Positions 47,785 to 58,097 of a stretch of DNA of 64,000 nucleotides are shown here, piece by piece. Each line of letters starts with the position of its first letter. The stretch's first letter is position 1. A model generated the notes under the pieces. It was not told the origin of the DNA, made no database searches, and saw nothing but the letters and a program-made list of their open reading frames with translations. The stretch lies in the NCBI RefSeq assembly GCF_003019035.1, contig NZ_CP027447.1; one strand, given 5' to 3'. The position numbers and the translations under genes were made by a program. Source of the stretch: Escherichia coli. Its GTDB lineage: Bacteria > Pseudomonadota > Gammaproteobacteria > Enterobacterales > Enterobacteriaceae.

Positions 47785-49068
47785 TTAAAGACTTCTGGAA
47801 GGTTGCGCAGCTCTGACAACATGCGGTTGATCTTCCGCAGCGTCTTCCAGCGCACTTAAATCACGGTCTTTCACTTCTGGCATTTTCAGCGCAGAAATTA
47901 AACCAATCACTGAATATGCCATGATCATAATTGCGATCGGATACCAGGATTCCGTCATGGTGCAGAAAATACCCGCCAGGATAGGACCAAAACCGGAAGC
48001 GATAAGACCACCAATTTCTTTAGAAATGGCCATCCGGGTAAAGCGGTTTTTACAGCCGAACATTTCTGCCATGGTAATGTTTTCCAGAGCAAATAATCCA
48101 AGCACCGCACAGTTATGAATCACAATCAGTGCAACCATAATGGTGCTCGGGGCATAGCTTTTATCTACGATGATAGAAAGCATTGGCCATGCCAGCACAA
48201 TCGCAGAGGTATTCATAATAATATACGGGATCCGGCGACCAATTTTATCGGATAACCAACCAAGGAACGGAATGGTCATAAAGCCGAGAATCGAACTGAT
48301 CATCAATGCATCTGTTGGAATTGCTTTGTTAAACAATAACGTCTGCACTAAATAGCCTGCAAGGAAAGTCTGAATTAAACCTGAGTTACCAGCCTGACCA
48401 AAACGCAGCCCTGTTGCCAGCCAGAAGGATTTGCTCTGGAACATGCTACCAGCAGGTGCAGGTTTTGCTGTAGGTTGGTTGCTGTCGTTAACCTTCTCAA
48501 AGACCGGGCTTTCTTTCAGATTCATACGCAACCAGATAGCAAAGACCATCACGACAACGCTCGCCAGGAACGGTATACGCCATCCCCACGCCAACAGTTC
48601 CTCTTTACTGAGAATGAAGAACATAAAGGCCCAGATTGCCGTTGCGCTCAAGGTTCCGCAGTTAGTCCCCATAGCAACAAATGAGGAGATAATTCCGCGC
48701 TTACCTTTTGGCGCATATTCCGCCAGCATCGTACCGGCACCGGAAATTTCCGCGCCTGCCCCCAGCCCCTGAATAATACGCAGCGTCACCAGCAAAATTG
48801 GCGCAAACACACCAATTTGTGCATAGGTCGGCAGCACACCAATTAAGGTGGTACAGATCCCCATCATGGTGATGGTAATAAAGAGCACTTTTTTACGCCC
48901 TATTCTGTCGCCCATTTTGCCGAAAATAAATGCTCCGACAATACGTGCCACATAACCTGCACCATAGGTTCCCATTGCCAGAATTAACGCCATTGCCGTT
49001 GACGATTCAGGAAAAAATATTTCATGAAAAACTAACGCTGCGCCGAGCGAATATAACTGGAAATCCAT
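47785..49068 (-). pseudogene. ydfJ: MFS metabolite:H+ symporter YdfJ, 5'-truncated at the prophage junction
   Basis: The 427-aa ORF begins inside what aligns to TM1 of ProP/ShiA-family transporters (MDFQLYSLGAALVF… matches the …MEWFDFGVYGF… region), so the N-terminal tail and part of TM1 are missing; prophage genes start immediately upstream. Confidence 0.7.
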
Positions 49069-49853
49069 AATTCACAGGTGTTTTTTCCCATCCTGTGGTT
49101 TCCTTGGCGTTTTCTAGGTTTTTTCAGATAGTTGCATTTTTTAAAAAGCATCCTAAGTTCGATCTCAGTGTCTATCTGGGGCCTATTTCTGTCCCATATA
49201 TGCCCCAAAAAAACTCCCCAACAGATAAGTAGTTTTTTCATGGATTTATGCGTAAAATCAAGAACGGCTGGAAATCATTCAATACTCACACTATCGAAAA
49301 ATTTACCAGCCAACCGCAGCACGTTCTTGCATAAGGCGTGTCTGCGGTTTTTCAACTATTCAGATACATCACTCCCATCACATTCATTCCTCCGCATCAA
49401 AGGCATATAGGCTATATCACCTTGATATTTTTCTTTTTCAGATAAAAACTGTTATCTATGTATACTTTTAAACCCAATCCGTGTAGAGTCTCTGCATAAG
49501 ATAGTTTGCAGTTGCCGCTTCAGCTTGCGCCATAAACCGCCTGATTTTTGCTGCCACCTGTTAGCATTCCTGTATACCTGAAACGACAATGTTTATCTAC
49601 GAACTTTAAGAACACCCAAGATAAAAATTGTCAACTATATCATATATAACACATTACTAATTCGAGGCTATATGAACAGCATACTGATAATCACTTCTCT
49701 CCTTATCATATTCAGCATTTTTAGTCATGCCCTAATAAAATTAGGGATTGGCATATCCAATAACCCAGACAAAACCGATGTATAAGTCAACATATCCTGA
49801 ATCAGACATACAATATCGCAATGAAAATCAATAATATTTTAAGGAATATCTTC

Positions 49854-50087
49854 ATGAAATCAAAAGACACCCTAAAGTGGTTCCCTGCGCAGCTTCCTGA
49901 AGTAAGAATTATCCTAGGGGATGCTGTAGTGGAAGTAGCAAAACAGGGAAGACCTATCAATACCAGAACATTGCTTGATTACATTGAAGGAAACATAAAG
50001 AAAAAATCATGGCTGGATAACAAAGAATTATTACAAACAGCGATATCAGTTCTTAAAGACAACCAAAATTTAAATGGTAAAATGTAA
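49854..50087 (+). CDS. ydfK: Prophage small protein YdfK (77 aa from MKSKDTLKWF)
   Basis: Start chosen at the ATG with AAGGA Shine-Dalgarno (49854) rather than the track ATG at 49821; recognised as YdfK/YnaE family. Confidence 0.75.
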   Translation: MKSKDTLKWFPAQLPEVRIILGDAVVEVAKQGRPINTRTLLDYIEGNIKKKSWLDNKELLQTAISVLKDNQNLNGKM

Positions 50088-50403
50088 TATAATAAACTTA
50101 CTTTTTTATCATTTTTCCACTTTAACAACATTTTGCTCCACTTTTCCACGACCAAACAACTTGAAATCTGGTTAAAATAACACGCAACACTATTCTTCTT
50201 CCTTGAGTCCGCCCGGAACTCGAAAAACAAACCGAGTTAAAGCCATTTCTCACAAAACCGATTTTGGGTCTCACCAAAATTACGGGGTTGCATACGCATT
50301 CGTTTATTTTCGAACGTGTACATACAAATATGCACAAAAATAATCAAAATTATTTTCTGAGATGCATTATGATATGAACACCAATTTCGTATAGAGTCTC
50401 ACT

Positions 50404-50994
50404 ATGTCTCGAATTTTTGCTTACTGTCGGATATCAACGCTGGATCAGACCATCGAAAATCAACGCCGGGAAATCGAAAGTGCAGGTTTTAAAATCAAAC
50501 CTCAGCAAATAATCGAAGAACACATTAGCGGCTCAGCAGCAACCAGTGAGCGTCCTGGTTTTAACCGGTTGCTTGCTCGCCTGAAATGTGGTGATCAATT
50601 GATTGTGACAAAACTGGATCGCCTTGGTTGTAATGCAATGGATATCAGGAAAACAGTGGAACAACTGACCGAAACAGGTATCAGAGTGCATTGCTTAGCA
50701 TTGGGGGGCATTGACCTGACCAGTCCAACAGGAAAAATGATGATGCACGTAATTTCAGCAGTCGCTGAATTTGAACGAGACCTTTTACTTGAACGCACTC
50801 ATTCCGGGATAGTAAGAGCCCGCGGCGCAGGGAAACGTTTTGGTCGACCACCTGTGTTAAATGAAGAACAGAAACAGGTGGTATTCGAACGAATTAAGTC
50901 AGGTGTAAGTATAAGTGCCATTGCCCGGGAATTCAAAACCTCGCGGCAAACCATTTTAAGAGCCAAAGCAAAACTTCAGACACCTGATATATAA
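50404..50994 (+). CDS. pin: Serine recombinase, Pin/Gin/Hin-family DNA invertase (196 aa)
   Basis: N-terminal resolvase catalytic domain (…[10 protein letters not shown]…) and C-terminal HTH; convergent with the tail-fibre genes. Confidence 0.9.
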   Translation: MSRIFAYCRISTLDQTIENQRREIESAGFKIKPQQIIEEHISGSAATSERPGFNRLLARLKCGDQLIVTKLDRLGCNAMDIRKTVEQLTETGIRVHCLALGGIDLTSPTGKMMMHVISAVAEFERDLLLERTHSGIVRARGAGKRFGRPPVLNEEQKQVVFERIKSGVSISAIAREFKTSRQTILRAKAKLQTPDI

Positions 50995-51091
50995 AAAATA
51001 ATCTCGGTGTGAGATGCTTTACGTCTTCCAAGCCCCCTTCCTTGCCGTAAATGGAAAGATACATCTAATTATAGAATTTATATGTTTTACC

Positions 51092-51208
51092 CTACGGCAG
51101 TGCTGGCCATTCAATATCCTGTGCAGTTGACGTATCAACACGGTTCAGCAATACCCGATACTTTTTCCATGCTTCCAGCAACGAGGTTTCTTCCTCCGTT
51201 GCATATAC
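51092..51208 (-). pseudogene. tfa: 3' remnant of a tail-fibre assembly gene (tfa), about 38 codons
   Basis: Frame encodes …[38 protein letters not shown], matching the conserved Tfa C-terminus; homology stops abruptly upstream. Confidence 0.6.
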
Positions 51209-51221
51209 AGCCCACCTTTTT

Positions 51222-51515
51222 TCACCCACGATTAACCAACAGCCAGACCAGCAGACACGCCACCACCGGCACAGCAAAATCCATCAGGCTTGCCACATCC
51301 CACGCGCGCGGATCAAAACCGCCCCACCACGGCATATTCATTCGCTTGCCATGCCCGAACATTTCAATCCAGCGATATTCTGCCTGGGTATGTTCACGCG
51401 CAATGAAGAACGTACAACCGGCTATCGCTCCGTAAGCCCAGTTTCCGGTAAAAAGACCAACCAGTATCTGCGCAGCCACAGCACAAAGTGCATGAAGTAA
51501 GGGGCTTATATCCAT
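51222..51515 (-). CDS. Hypothetical small membrane protein (97 aa, two predicted TM segments)
   Basis: Hydrophobic stretches [28 protein letters not shown] and [15 protein letters not shown]; no lipobox; lies where the tfa body is expected. Confidence 0.5.
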   Translation of the reverse strand: MDISPLLHALCAVAAQILVGLFTGNWAYGAIAGCTFFIAREHTQAEYRWIEMFGHGKRMNMPWWGGFDPRAWDVASLMDFAVPVVACLLVWLLVNRG

Positions 51516-51527
51516 TATTTCCTCCTT

Positions 51528-51806
51528 TCAGCTCCATTCCCGAAGCGGTGTTTCCAGCTCCACGACATAATCAGAGAATACAGAAACATCAAACAAGTCA
51601 TCAAGAATGCGAATGTTGACAAAATAACCGTTATTCCGGATACAGACAGGTTCTCCCTCTTCAGTTACCCCTGTTTCTGTGTAGGTGAAACCAATTTCAT
51701 CGACTAACAGTTTATTCTGGAGGTCTTCATCTTCCTCCCAGTCAAGAGATGACAGGAAGGATTTAAACTCTCTGTTACCAGGAAATTTCAAAGTTAAATC
51801 TTTCAT
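51528..51806 (-). CDS. Hypothetical small acidic protein (92 aa); possible fibre chaperone or moron product
   Basis: ORF immediately downstream of, and 4-nt overlapping, stf; Asp/Glu-rich; no resemblance to Tfa that I can see. Confidence 0.5.
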   Translation of the reverse strand: MKDLTLKFPGNREFKSFLSSLDWEEDEDLQNKLLVDEIGFTYTETGVTEEGEPVCIRNNGYFVNIRILDDLFDVSVFSDYVVELETPLREWS

Positions 51807-53833
51807 ACTGCCTCCTTGATTTGCCTGTCATTTAATTCTTTAAACCAGACTCTGAAATTTCTGATGTGTCCAAACAAATGACGCGTTCCTGCTGCGGTCT
51901 GCCCACCAAACCGGTACGATGTTGCTGTAACTCCAAATATTTTACCATTAAGGTTTGTTGTATAATTACCATTGCATATTGCATTTACTGATAAATCAGA
52001 TTTAGCTCTCACACCCACAATGAACCTTTCTCCATCTGAGGAAATTTGTGGCTGAACCATTCCTACGTTGGCGCTTATCTTTCCTGTTGAAACAAACCCC
52101 AGCGATAAATAATTATCATCAATACTGTGCCCTCCAACATCAAATATCCTTGGCGCAACATTGGGCGGTGTACTCCAGTTCCTCCTTACTTCGCACAATA
52201 CTGTAAAAGGCCGTGTTGACAGGTTATTCGCCGAGGGGATAGTAACCACATCACTTGCGCGTGTTGTTGGCATTGTAGTTACAATAAATGACGATGCCGT
52301 ATTGCCCAGTTCAATTTGCGGCGTCGTCATGGTTAATGTTGAGTCATCATAGAATGGCTCATTACTTATTTTATTTGTCATATAAAAAGCACAGTTAACG
52401 GTATCAATGTCCGTATTAGCTGTATAAGTGGCCTCATAGTAGGTCCACTCGCCCTGTTGTTCAGCTTTGGCTGTTATAAGGGATGTATTACCGCTTACTG
52501 TTGCGATCCGGGTATCCAGATCAAGATAAGAGTCAGCAGAGAATGTATCTGTTCCACCAATAATAACTGAAACTCTTAACCTGCATCGTGCTTTAGCGCC
52601 TTTAACCCGGCACGAAAAAGTGAAACATTCACCACTTGCCAGCGGGAATCTGTCTGCTGCAACCACACCATGCACAGTATAGCCACCTGTTGTTCCCACT
52701 ATACTTTCCGTGGGTGTCACCGTGGCATAATTGAACCCCTGTTTATCAGTGCCAAATGTTTTATTCAGTGCGGAATGAACAGTCCATGAGTCTGGTTTAT
52801 TTGAGTTCCTCAGATAATTTGTCCTCTGTCCTTCAATCAATAAGCCATCGCGCTCAAATCGCGGTTCGTCAACTTCAGCAAGCTTGAGTTGGCCGGACTT
52901 ATTAATATACGTTGCTGTTGAAGCACGTTTAAACTTAACAATCTTGTCGCCTGGCATTGTTATTTCATCGTCACCAATAACAATCTTTTTATAAGATGGC
53001 GAAAAACCCGTAATCATATCCAGCGAATCGTTAAACGGTATCCACACATCAGGCAGCGGCGGCACTATATTCGCATAGGGCTCTGCAGTCACTTCCGCTG
53101 CGGCTTCTGCGCGGTCTGCCGCCTTTTCAGCTCGTGTCGCTGCCGACAGAGCCTCATCCTTTTTCTGCCCGGCCTTTGTTGCGTCTGCTGCGGCCTCCCG
53201 CGCTTTTGTGGTGGCGACTCCGGCATTTTCAGCGGCTGACTCTGCATTACGGCGGGAAGCCTCTTCACTGTCTGCGGAGGCTTCTTCTGACGCACGGGCA
53301 TTTGTCTCTGAACGTTCTGCCGCTGTTGCTGCGTTTTGTGCGGCTGTTTTTGAAGAAGCTGCCGCTTTCGCGCTGTTACCTGCATTCGTCTCTGATGTTT
53401 TCGCCGCGTTCCTGGACGATGCCGCTGCTGTTTCTGATTTCTTTGCTGCCGCTGCGCTCTGAGAGGCGGCTTCAGCGTTGCGTGCTGCTTCTTCCACCAT
53501 TGCCTCAAAACGACGCAATGCCTCCGGCATGACATCATCTTCCGTCATGGCACCGAGAAAATCATTCAGCGTACCAGGTCTGGAACCTTCATAGACGGTA
53601 ATGGTTCCGGCATGTGAAGGCGGAAAACCTTCAACCAGCAGGGTGACGCTGTACTGGCCATACTCGACATCCATGCTGTAACGCCCGGCTTCATCCGGAT
53701 TTTCAGAGGCTACCGTGTTCACCAGTACCGTGGTGCTGTTACGCTTTGCCTTCAGTTGAATAGTGCAGTTCTGTATTGGTTTTCCCGCACCATCTTTCAG
53801 CACACCTGAGATTTTTACTGCTGCCATATCCAC
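51803..53833 (-). CDS. stf: Side tail fibre protein Stf (676 aa) with lambda-type N-terminus and lectin-like C-terminal domain
   Basis: N-terminus MDMAAVKISGVLKDGAGKPIQNCTIQLKAKRN… matches lambda Stf; Ala-rich coiled segment; C-terminus …HLFGHIRNFRVWFKELNDRQIKEAV resembles the terminal strand of Laminin-G/concanavalin-like domains. Confidence 0.85.
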   Translation of the reverse strand: MDMAAVKISGVLKDGAGKPIQNCTIQLKAKRNSTTVLVNTVASENPDEAGRYSMDVEYGQYSVTLLVEGFPPSHAGTITVYEGSRPGTLNDFLGAMTEDDVMPEALRRFEAMVEEAARNAEAASQSAAAAKKSETAAASSRNAAKTSETNAGNSAKAAASSKTAAQNAATAAERSETNARASEEASADSEEASRRNAESAAENAGVATTKAREAAADATKAGQKKDEALSAATRAEKAADRAEAAAEVTAEPYANIVPPLPDVWIPFNDSLDMITGFSPSYKKIVIGDDEITMPGDKIVKFKRASTATYINKSGQLKLAEVDEPRFERDGLLIEGQRTNYLRNSNKPDSWTVHSALNKTFGTDKQGFNYATVTPTESIVGTTGGYTVHGVVAADRFPLASGECFTFSCRVKGAKARCRLRVSVIIGGTDTFSADSYLDLDTRIATVSGNTSLITAKAEQQGEWTYYEATYTANTDIDTVNCAFYMTNKISNEPFYDDSTLTMTTPQIELGNTASSFIVTTMPTTRASDVVTIPSANNLSTRPFTVLCEVRRNWSTPPNVAPRIFDVGGHSIDDNYLSLGFVSTGKISANVGMVQPQISSDGERFIVGVRAKSDLSVNAICNGNYTTNLNGKIFGVTATSYRFGGQTAAGTRHLFGHIRNFRVWFKELNDRQIKEAV

Positions 53834-53891
53834 TCCACAAAAAAGCCCGCCTGAACCGGCGGGCTGTCATAACACTGTGTTACCTGGCTAA

Positions 53892-54491
53892 TCAGAATTT
53901 ATAACCGACACCCACGATGAAACCGTCAGTGCGCCAGTCACCACTGCCGGAACCTTCATAAGCAAGGTCAATGGCCACGGATTCGGTCGGGTTAAACTGC
54001 ACGCCAGCCCCCCACGCCAGAGACGTGTTGCTGTGGCGACCGTCATCACTTCCGGTCAGCACATCGTGCGTTTTCCCCTTGTTGTCAGTTACGCGGAGAT
54101 AATCCCCGGAGAAGGTCGACACACGGCTGTAAGCCATACCCGCCATCGCATACGCGCTGAACCATTCATTCACGCGCACAGACGGCCCCGCCATCACGCT
54201 GAACCAGCGGTTACGCACGGAATCTTCATGCCAGCGGGTATCGCTGTAATGCGTTTTTTGCTCATCTTTGGCATTGGCATAACTGAATGACGTCACCAGC
54301 CCCAGCGTGTCCGTAAACTCATAACGGTATTTCACGTTAATCCCGTTCAGATCATCGCTGCCGGGAACGTTCGTCGAGGCATGAAGATACCCCGCGCTCA
54401 GCGTGGACTGATGTTCAGACGCCCATGCAGGCGCACCGGATACGGCCAGACAAATGGCTACGGACAAAATGGCGGCATAAAGTTTACGCAT
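53892..54491 (-). CDS. lom: Lom outer-membrane protein (Ail/PagC/Lom family)
   Basis: Signal peptide plus 8-strand beta-barrel family sequence ending …GFIVGVGYKF. Confidence 0.9.
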   Translation of the reverse strand: MRKLYAAILSVAICLAVSGAPAWASEHQSTLSAGYLHASTNVPGSDDLNGINVKYRYEFTDTLGLVTSFSYANAKDEQKTHYSDTRWHEDSVRNRWFSVMAGPSVRVNEWFSAYAMAGMAYSRVSTFSGDYLRVTDNKGKTHDVLTGSDDGRHSNTSLAWGAGVQFNPTESVAIDLAYEGSGSGDWRTDGFIVGVGYKF

Positions 54492-54557
54492 AATTACCTC
54501 TCGCTTTTCTGCAATAAAAAAGGCGTCATTTCTGACGCCCGTTATGGGTTATAAAAT

Positions 54558-57500
54558 TCAGCTGATACTGATGCCTGCGGTGGCTTTCTTCATCACCACA
54601 ACCAGCAAATCGCTGATACTTGCTGTGGGATACCAGTCATTTACCAGCCATGCTGACACCGAAAACTCCAGCGTCATGTGGCCGTGACCAGCTGGCATAT
54701 CAATAACGCCACTGTAAATCAGCGTATTATCCAGCGCGGTACGGTTATAAATTTCAGCACCGTTTTTCCGCACTATCAGACGGCATGAGGAGTAAATATC
54801 AGTATGCTCTCTCTCATGTTTAGCACCGCTGAATGCCACCGCCGGAATAACAATCTGCCGGTCAAACGGCTGATCGTCATAAATCCTGACGGTAATGGTC
54901 CCTGATGGCCACCGCTCCGGTGCCCGGGAGTCCCGCGGGAAAGCCTTACCCACTGTTTTGACAATATCGCCTTCAATCTGGTTGGCTGACAGTTTCCCTT
55001 TAATCTGACAGTTCTCATTTATCGTAACGTTGTTGAGCGTCCCGGCGTTCGCATTCACACTGCCACTGATATCCGCATTTTTCGCCGTCAGTCGCCCGTC
55101 CGGTGTCAGGGAAAATGCCGGAGGATTACCGCCGCTGGTAATGGTGGGAGCCGTCAGATATTTCAGGAACACGTCATTCATGAATATCTGATCGCCCTGA
55201 CCAACAAACATCGGCTTTGTGTTGCCATTCGCAGGATTAATCATCGCAATCCTGTCTGCCGCCAGCAGCACCTGACTCTGCATGCCGTCGGGGGTGTTCT
55301 CAATACCGGCACCGATACCCGCAATATAAAGGCGTCCGTCCTGCATCTGCTGCAGCTTCACTGCCCACATGCTGTTCAGGTTATTATTTGTATCAACCTG
55401 AACCTTCTGTATCTGCTGGATCGCTGCACTCTGGTCTTCCAGTTTCTTATTGACGGTCTGTGTTATTTCATTGCTGACATCCGTTATGGACGTCCTGATT
55501 TCAGTCAGGTCAGGCGCAAGCTGACCGTTATCAATCTGCGTCCACAGCTCCTGAGCCAGATGGGTTTTCCCTATCTCGCCTTTGAAAAAATCCAGATAGC
55601 CGGATGCATCATCACTCGGCTGACCAACAGCCTCCACGAATGCCGATTTGCCAACGGTGTTCACACTGCGAACATAAAAATAATAATCATGGCCCGGTTT
55701 GATATTGATACTGGCGGCTATCCAGTACAGCGCCGTACCAAGATAACGCGCGCTGGTTTCAACCTGCCTGATATCAGCAATCCGTTTTTCCGAGAACCAG
55801 AACTCAAACTGTACCGTCGGATCATAAACCGCAAGATGCGGCGTGGCGGTTATCTGAAAATAGCCCGGCGTCAGCTCAATCCGCGACGGCGCTGCCGGTG
55901 CGGCAATCCGGAACGATACCGACGCCGGATCGCCCTGCTGCCCCCACGCATTTACTGCCCGGACTGTCAGCCTGTAGTTCCCCAGAGCCAGTTGTGTGAA
56001 GCGGTAAGTGGTTTCCGTCGTCCGGGCCGTGCTGACCAGCCGCTCACTGCCGTCATCCGCTGCCACGGTCAGGCGAAGCAGGAAGCTCACGCCCTTCACC
56101 ACCTTCGGTGTGTCCCATCGCGCCAGCACCTGATATTCCCCGCTGTCTGCAGTGACTTCTGCGGTCAGGTGCTGCACTGCTGGCGGCGTGACACCATTCA
56201 CCGTGCCGCTCTGGTCACCGTCAAAGTGCGCCCCGTTATCCACGATGGCTTCTTTCTCCGGTACATGCTGCACGGCAGTGATGGCATACGTACCGTCATC
56301 GTTCTCACGGATACTCACACAGCGGAACAGACGCTGGCGCAGCGTCGGCAGCTTCAGCCCCCATACGCTGTATTCAGCAACACCGTCAGGAACACGGCTC
56401 ACTTTTACCTTCACGCCGTCGGTGACGGACTGAACCTCCACGCTGACCGGATTGCCACTTCCGTCAACCAGGCTTATCAGCGTGGTACCGGAGGATGGCA
56501 GCGTGATTTCACGGTCGAGCGTCAGCGTCCGGGTCTGGCTGTTCACCGCCAGCACGCGACCACCGATGCTGATACCGGCATAGTCATCATCACAGATTTC
56601 AATGACATCGCCCGGTACATGGCGAAGCCCTTCTGCGCCCACGCTGAAGTCCACGGTCTGCGTTTCCAGCAGTTCCGTTTTAATCAGCCACAGCCCGGCG
56701 CGGTGCGCCTGCCCCCGGCTGGTACAGCCAAAAGCATCCATCTTCGTGACGTTACGACCGTAACGGGCAATGGCCTGCGTGTCCTCCACAAGCTCTGTTG
56801 CCGTTTCCCAGCCGTTATCCGGGTCAATCCAGTTCACTTCAACGGCATTATGGCGGTCCTTCAGGGCGCTGAAGCTGTAGCGGAACGGCGCGCCATCATC
56901 CGGCATCACCACATTACTGCGGTTATAGGTCCACACCTTATCCGACGGTCGGTCCTGCACGAACGTCAGCGTCTGCCCGTTCCATACCGGCATACAGCGC
57001 ATCGCCGAGCAGAAATCACTGAGCACATCCCACGCCTTGCGCTGTGTGGTCAGGTACGCATTACAGGTAATGCGCGGCTCCGTGCCGCCAAAGCCGTCCG
57101 GCACCGACTGGTCGCAGTACTGGCCGATGACATACAGCGCCCATTTATCCACATCCGCCGCACCAAGACGTTTCCCCATGCCGTAGCGCGGATGGGTCAG
57201 CATATCCCACAGACACCAGGCCATGTTGTTGCTGTATGCTGGCTTAAACGTTCCGTCCCAGATACCGCTGTATTGCCGCGTCAGCGGGTTATAGTTCGAC
57301 GGCACCTGCAGAATACGCCCGCGCAGATGATAATTACGGCTCACCTGCTGGCTGCCGAACTGCTCCGAGTCCACCTGCACGCCGACCAGTGCCGTGTTCG
57401 GGTAGCACTGTTTCACATCGATGATTTCGGTGTATGACGACCAGAGCGTTTTGTTCTGCAGCTGGTCTGTAGTGCTGTCCGGCGTCATCCTGCGCATCCG

Positions 57501-58034
57501 GATACTGAACGGGCGCGGCGGCAGGTTACCCACCACCACCGAGGCCAGATACTGTGAGGTGGTTTTGCCTTTAATGGTGATGTCTTTTTCCGTCACCCAG
57601 CCACCGTTACGTTGTATCTGAACCAGCAGGCGGACTTCCGACGGATTCCGGTCACCCTTTGAGGTGGTTTCCACCAGTGCCTGCACACCAAAGGTAAAGC
57701 GCAGACGGTCGATATTTGCAGACGTGATGGTGCGGGTTATCGGCGTGTCGTATTTCACTTCCGTACCCAGCACCGTCTCGGAGCCGGAGGATTCAAAACC
57801 CTCCGGCGGTGTCTGCTCCTGCTCACCGGCCCGGAACACCACCGTGACACCGGCGATGTTGGTATTCCCTTCGCTATCCAGCACCGGCGTACTGTTCAGC
57901 AGCACGCTTTTTAATCCATCCACCGGACCTTCAATCGGCCCTTCGCTGATGGCATCGATCACACTCAGTAACTGCGTGGATTTCAGGTTGTCCTTCGCTT
58001 CGCGCGGGGTATGCCCCTTACTGCTGCCTTTACC
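54558..58034 (-). CDS. J: Tail tip host-specificity protein J (start at [15 protein letters not shown])
   Basis: N-terminal ~850 aa match lambda J as I recall it; C-terminal ~300 aa diverge; the track ORF extends 16 codons upstream. Confidence 0.9.
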   Translation of the reverse strand, partial: GKGSSKGHTPREAKDNLKSTQLLSVIDAISEGPIEGPVDGLKSVLLNSTPVLDSEGNTNIAGVTVVFRAGEQEQTPPEGFESSGSETVLGTEVKYDTPITRTITSANIDRLRFTFGVQALVETTSKGDRNPSEVRLLVQIQRNGGWVTEKDITIKGKTTSQYLASVVVGNLPPRPFSIRMRRMTPDSTTDQLQNKTLWSSYTEIIDVKQCYPNTALVGVQVDSEQFGSQQVSRNYHLRGRILQVPSNYNPLTRQYSGIWDGTFKPAYSNNMAWCLWDMLTHPRYGMGKRLGAADVDKWALYVIGQYCDQSVPDGFGGTEPRITCNAYLTTQRKAWDVLSDFCSAMRCMPVWNGQTLTFVQDRPSDKVWTYNRSNVVMPDDGAPFRYSFSALKDRHNAVEVNWIDPDNGWETATELVEDTQAIARYGRNVTKMDAFGCTSRGQAHRAGLWLIKTELLETQTVDFSVGAEGLRHVPGDVIEICDDDYAGISIGGRVLAVNSQTRTLTLDREITLPSSGTTLISLVDGSGNPVSVEVQSVTDGVKVKVSRVPDGVAEYSVWGLKLPTLRQRLFRCVSIRENDDGTYAITAVQHVPEKEAIVDNGAHFDGDQSGTVNGVTPPAVQHLTAEVTADSGEYQVLARWDTPKVVKGVSFLLRLTVAADDGSERLVSTARTTETTYRFTQLALGNYRLTVRAVNAWGQQGDPASVSFRIAAPAAPSRIELTPGYFQITATPHLAVYDPTVQFEFWFSEKRIADIRQVETSARYLGTALYWIAASINIKPGHDYYFYVRSVNTVGKSAFVEAVGQPSDDASGYLDFFKGEIGKTHLAQELWTQIDNGQLAPDLTEIRTSITDVSNEITQTVNKKLEDQSAAIQQIQKVQVDTNNNLNSMWAVKLQQMQDGRLYIAGIGAGIENTPDGMQSQVLLAADRIAMINPANGNTKPMFVGQGDQIFMNDVFLKYLTAPTITSGGNPPAFSLTPDGRLTAKNADISGSVNANAGTLNNVTINENCQIKGKLSANQIEGDIVKTVGKAFPRDSRAPERWPSGTITVRIYDDQPFDRQIVIPAVAFSGAKHEREHTDIYSSCRLIVRKNGAEIYNRTALDNTLIYSGVIDMPAGHGHMTLEFSVSAWLVNDWYPTASISDLLVVVMKKATAGISIS

Positions 58035-58097
58035 CATTCCTAACGCTCCATAAACGACAAAACCGCCCGGAGGCGGTTTCACATAAAATATTTTGCA

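Noticed and set aside
49032-49410. 69-aa and 92-aa ORFs in the prophage junction region
   Set aside because: AT-rich junction sequence with no ribosome-binding sites; compositions (Ser/Leu/Phe-rich) are typical of random AT-rich frames.
50255-50268. AAAACCGATTTTGG upstream of pin as a possible gix/pix-like crossover site
   Set aside because: Only 7 nt match the AAACCGA core of gix and the flanking half-sites do not fit the 12-2-12 palindrome; a match of this size is expected by chance several times in 64 kb.
51082-51435. 117-aa plus-strand ORF between pin and the fibre genes
   Set aside because: Antisense to the 97-aa membrane protein ORF and the tfa remnant; Pro/His/Thr-rich with no start signal.
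53089-53538. Gln/Arg/Lys-rich and Ala-rich overlapping ORFs, and repeat-like DNA, inside stf
   Set aside because: They derive from the low-complexity Ala/Ser/Glu/Lys segment of Stf read in other frames. The repeats are imperfect and coding, with no spacers, so this is not a CRISPR array.
55560-57437. 625-aa plus-strand ORF antisense to J
   Set aside because: Arg/His/Pro-rich composition with no protein-like features; lies entirely within the well-supported J gene. Long antisense frames are expected in GC-rich, codon-biased genes.
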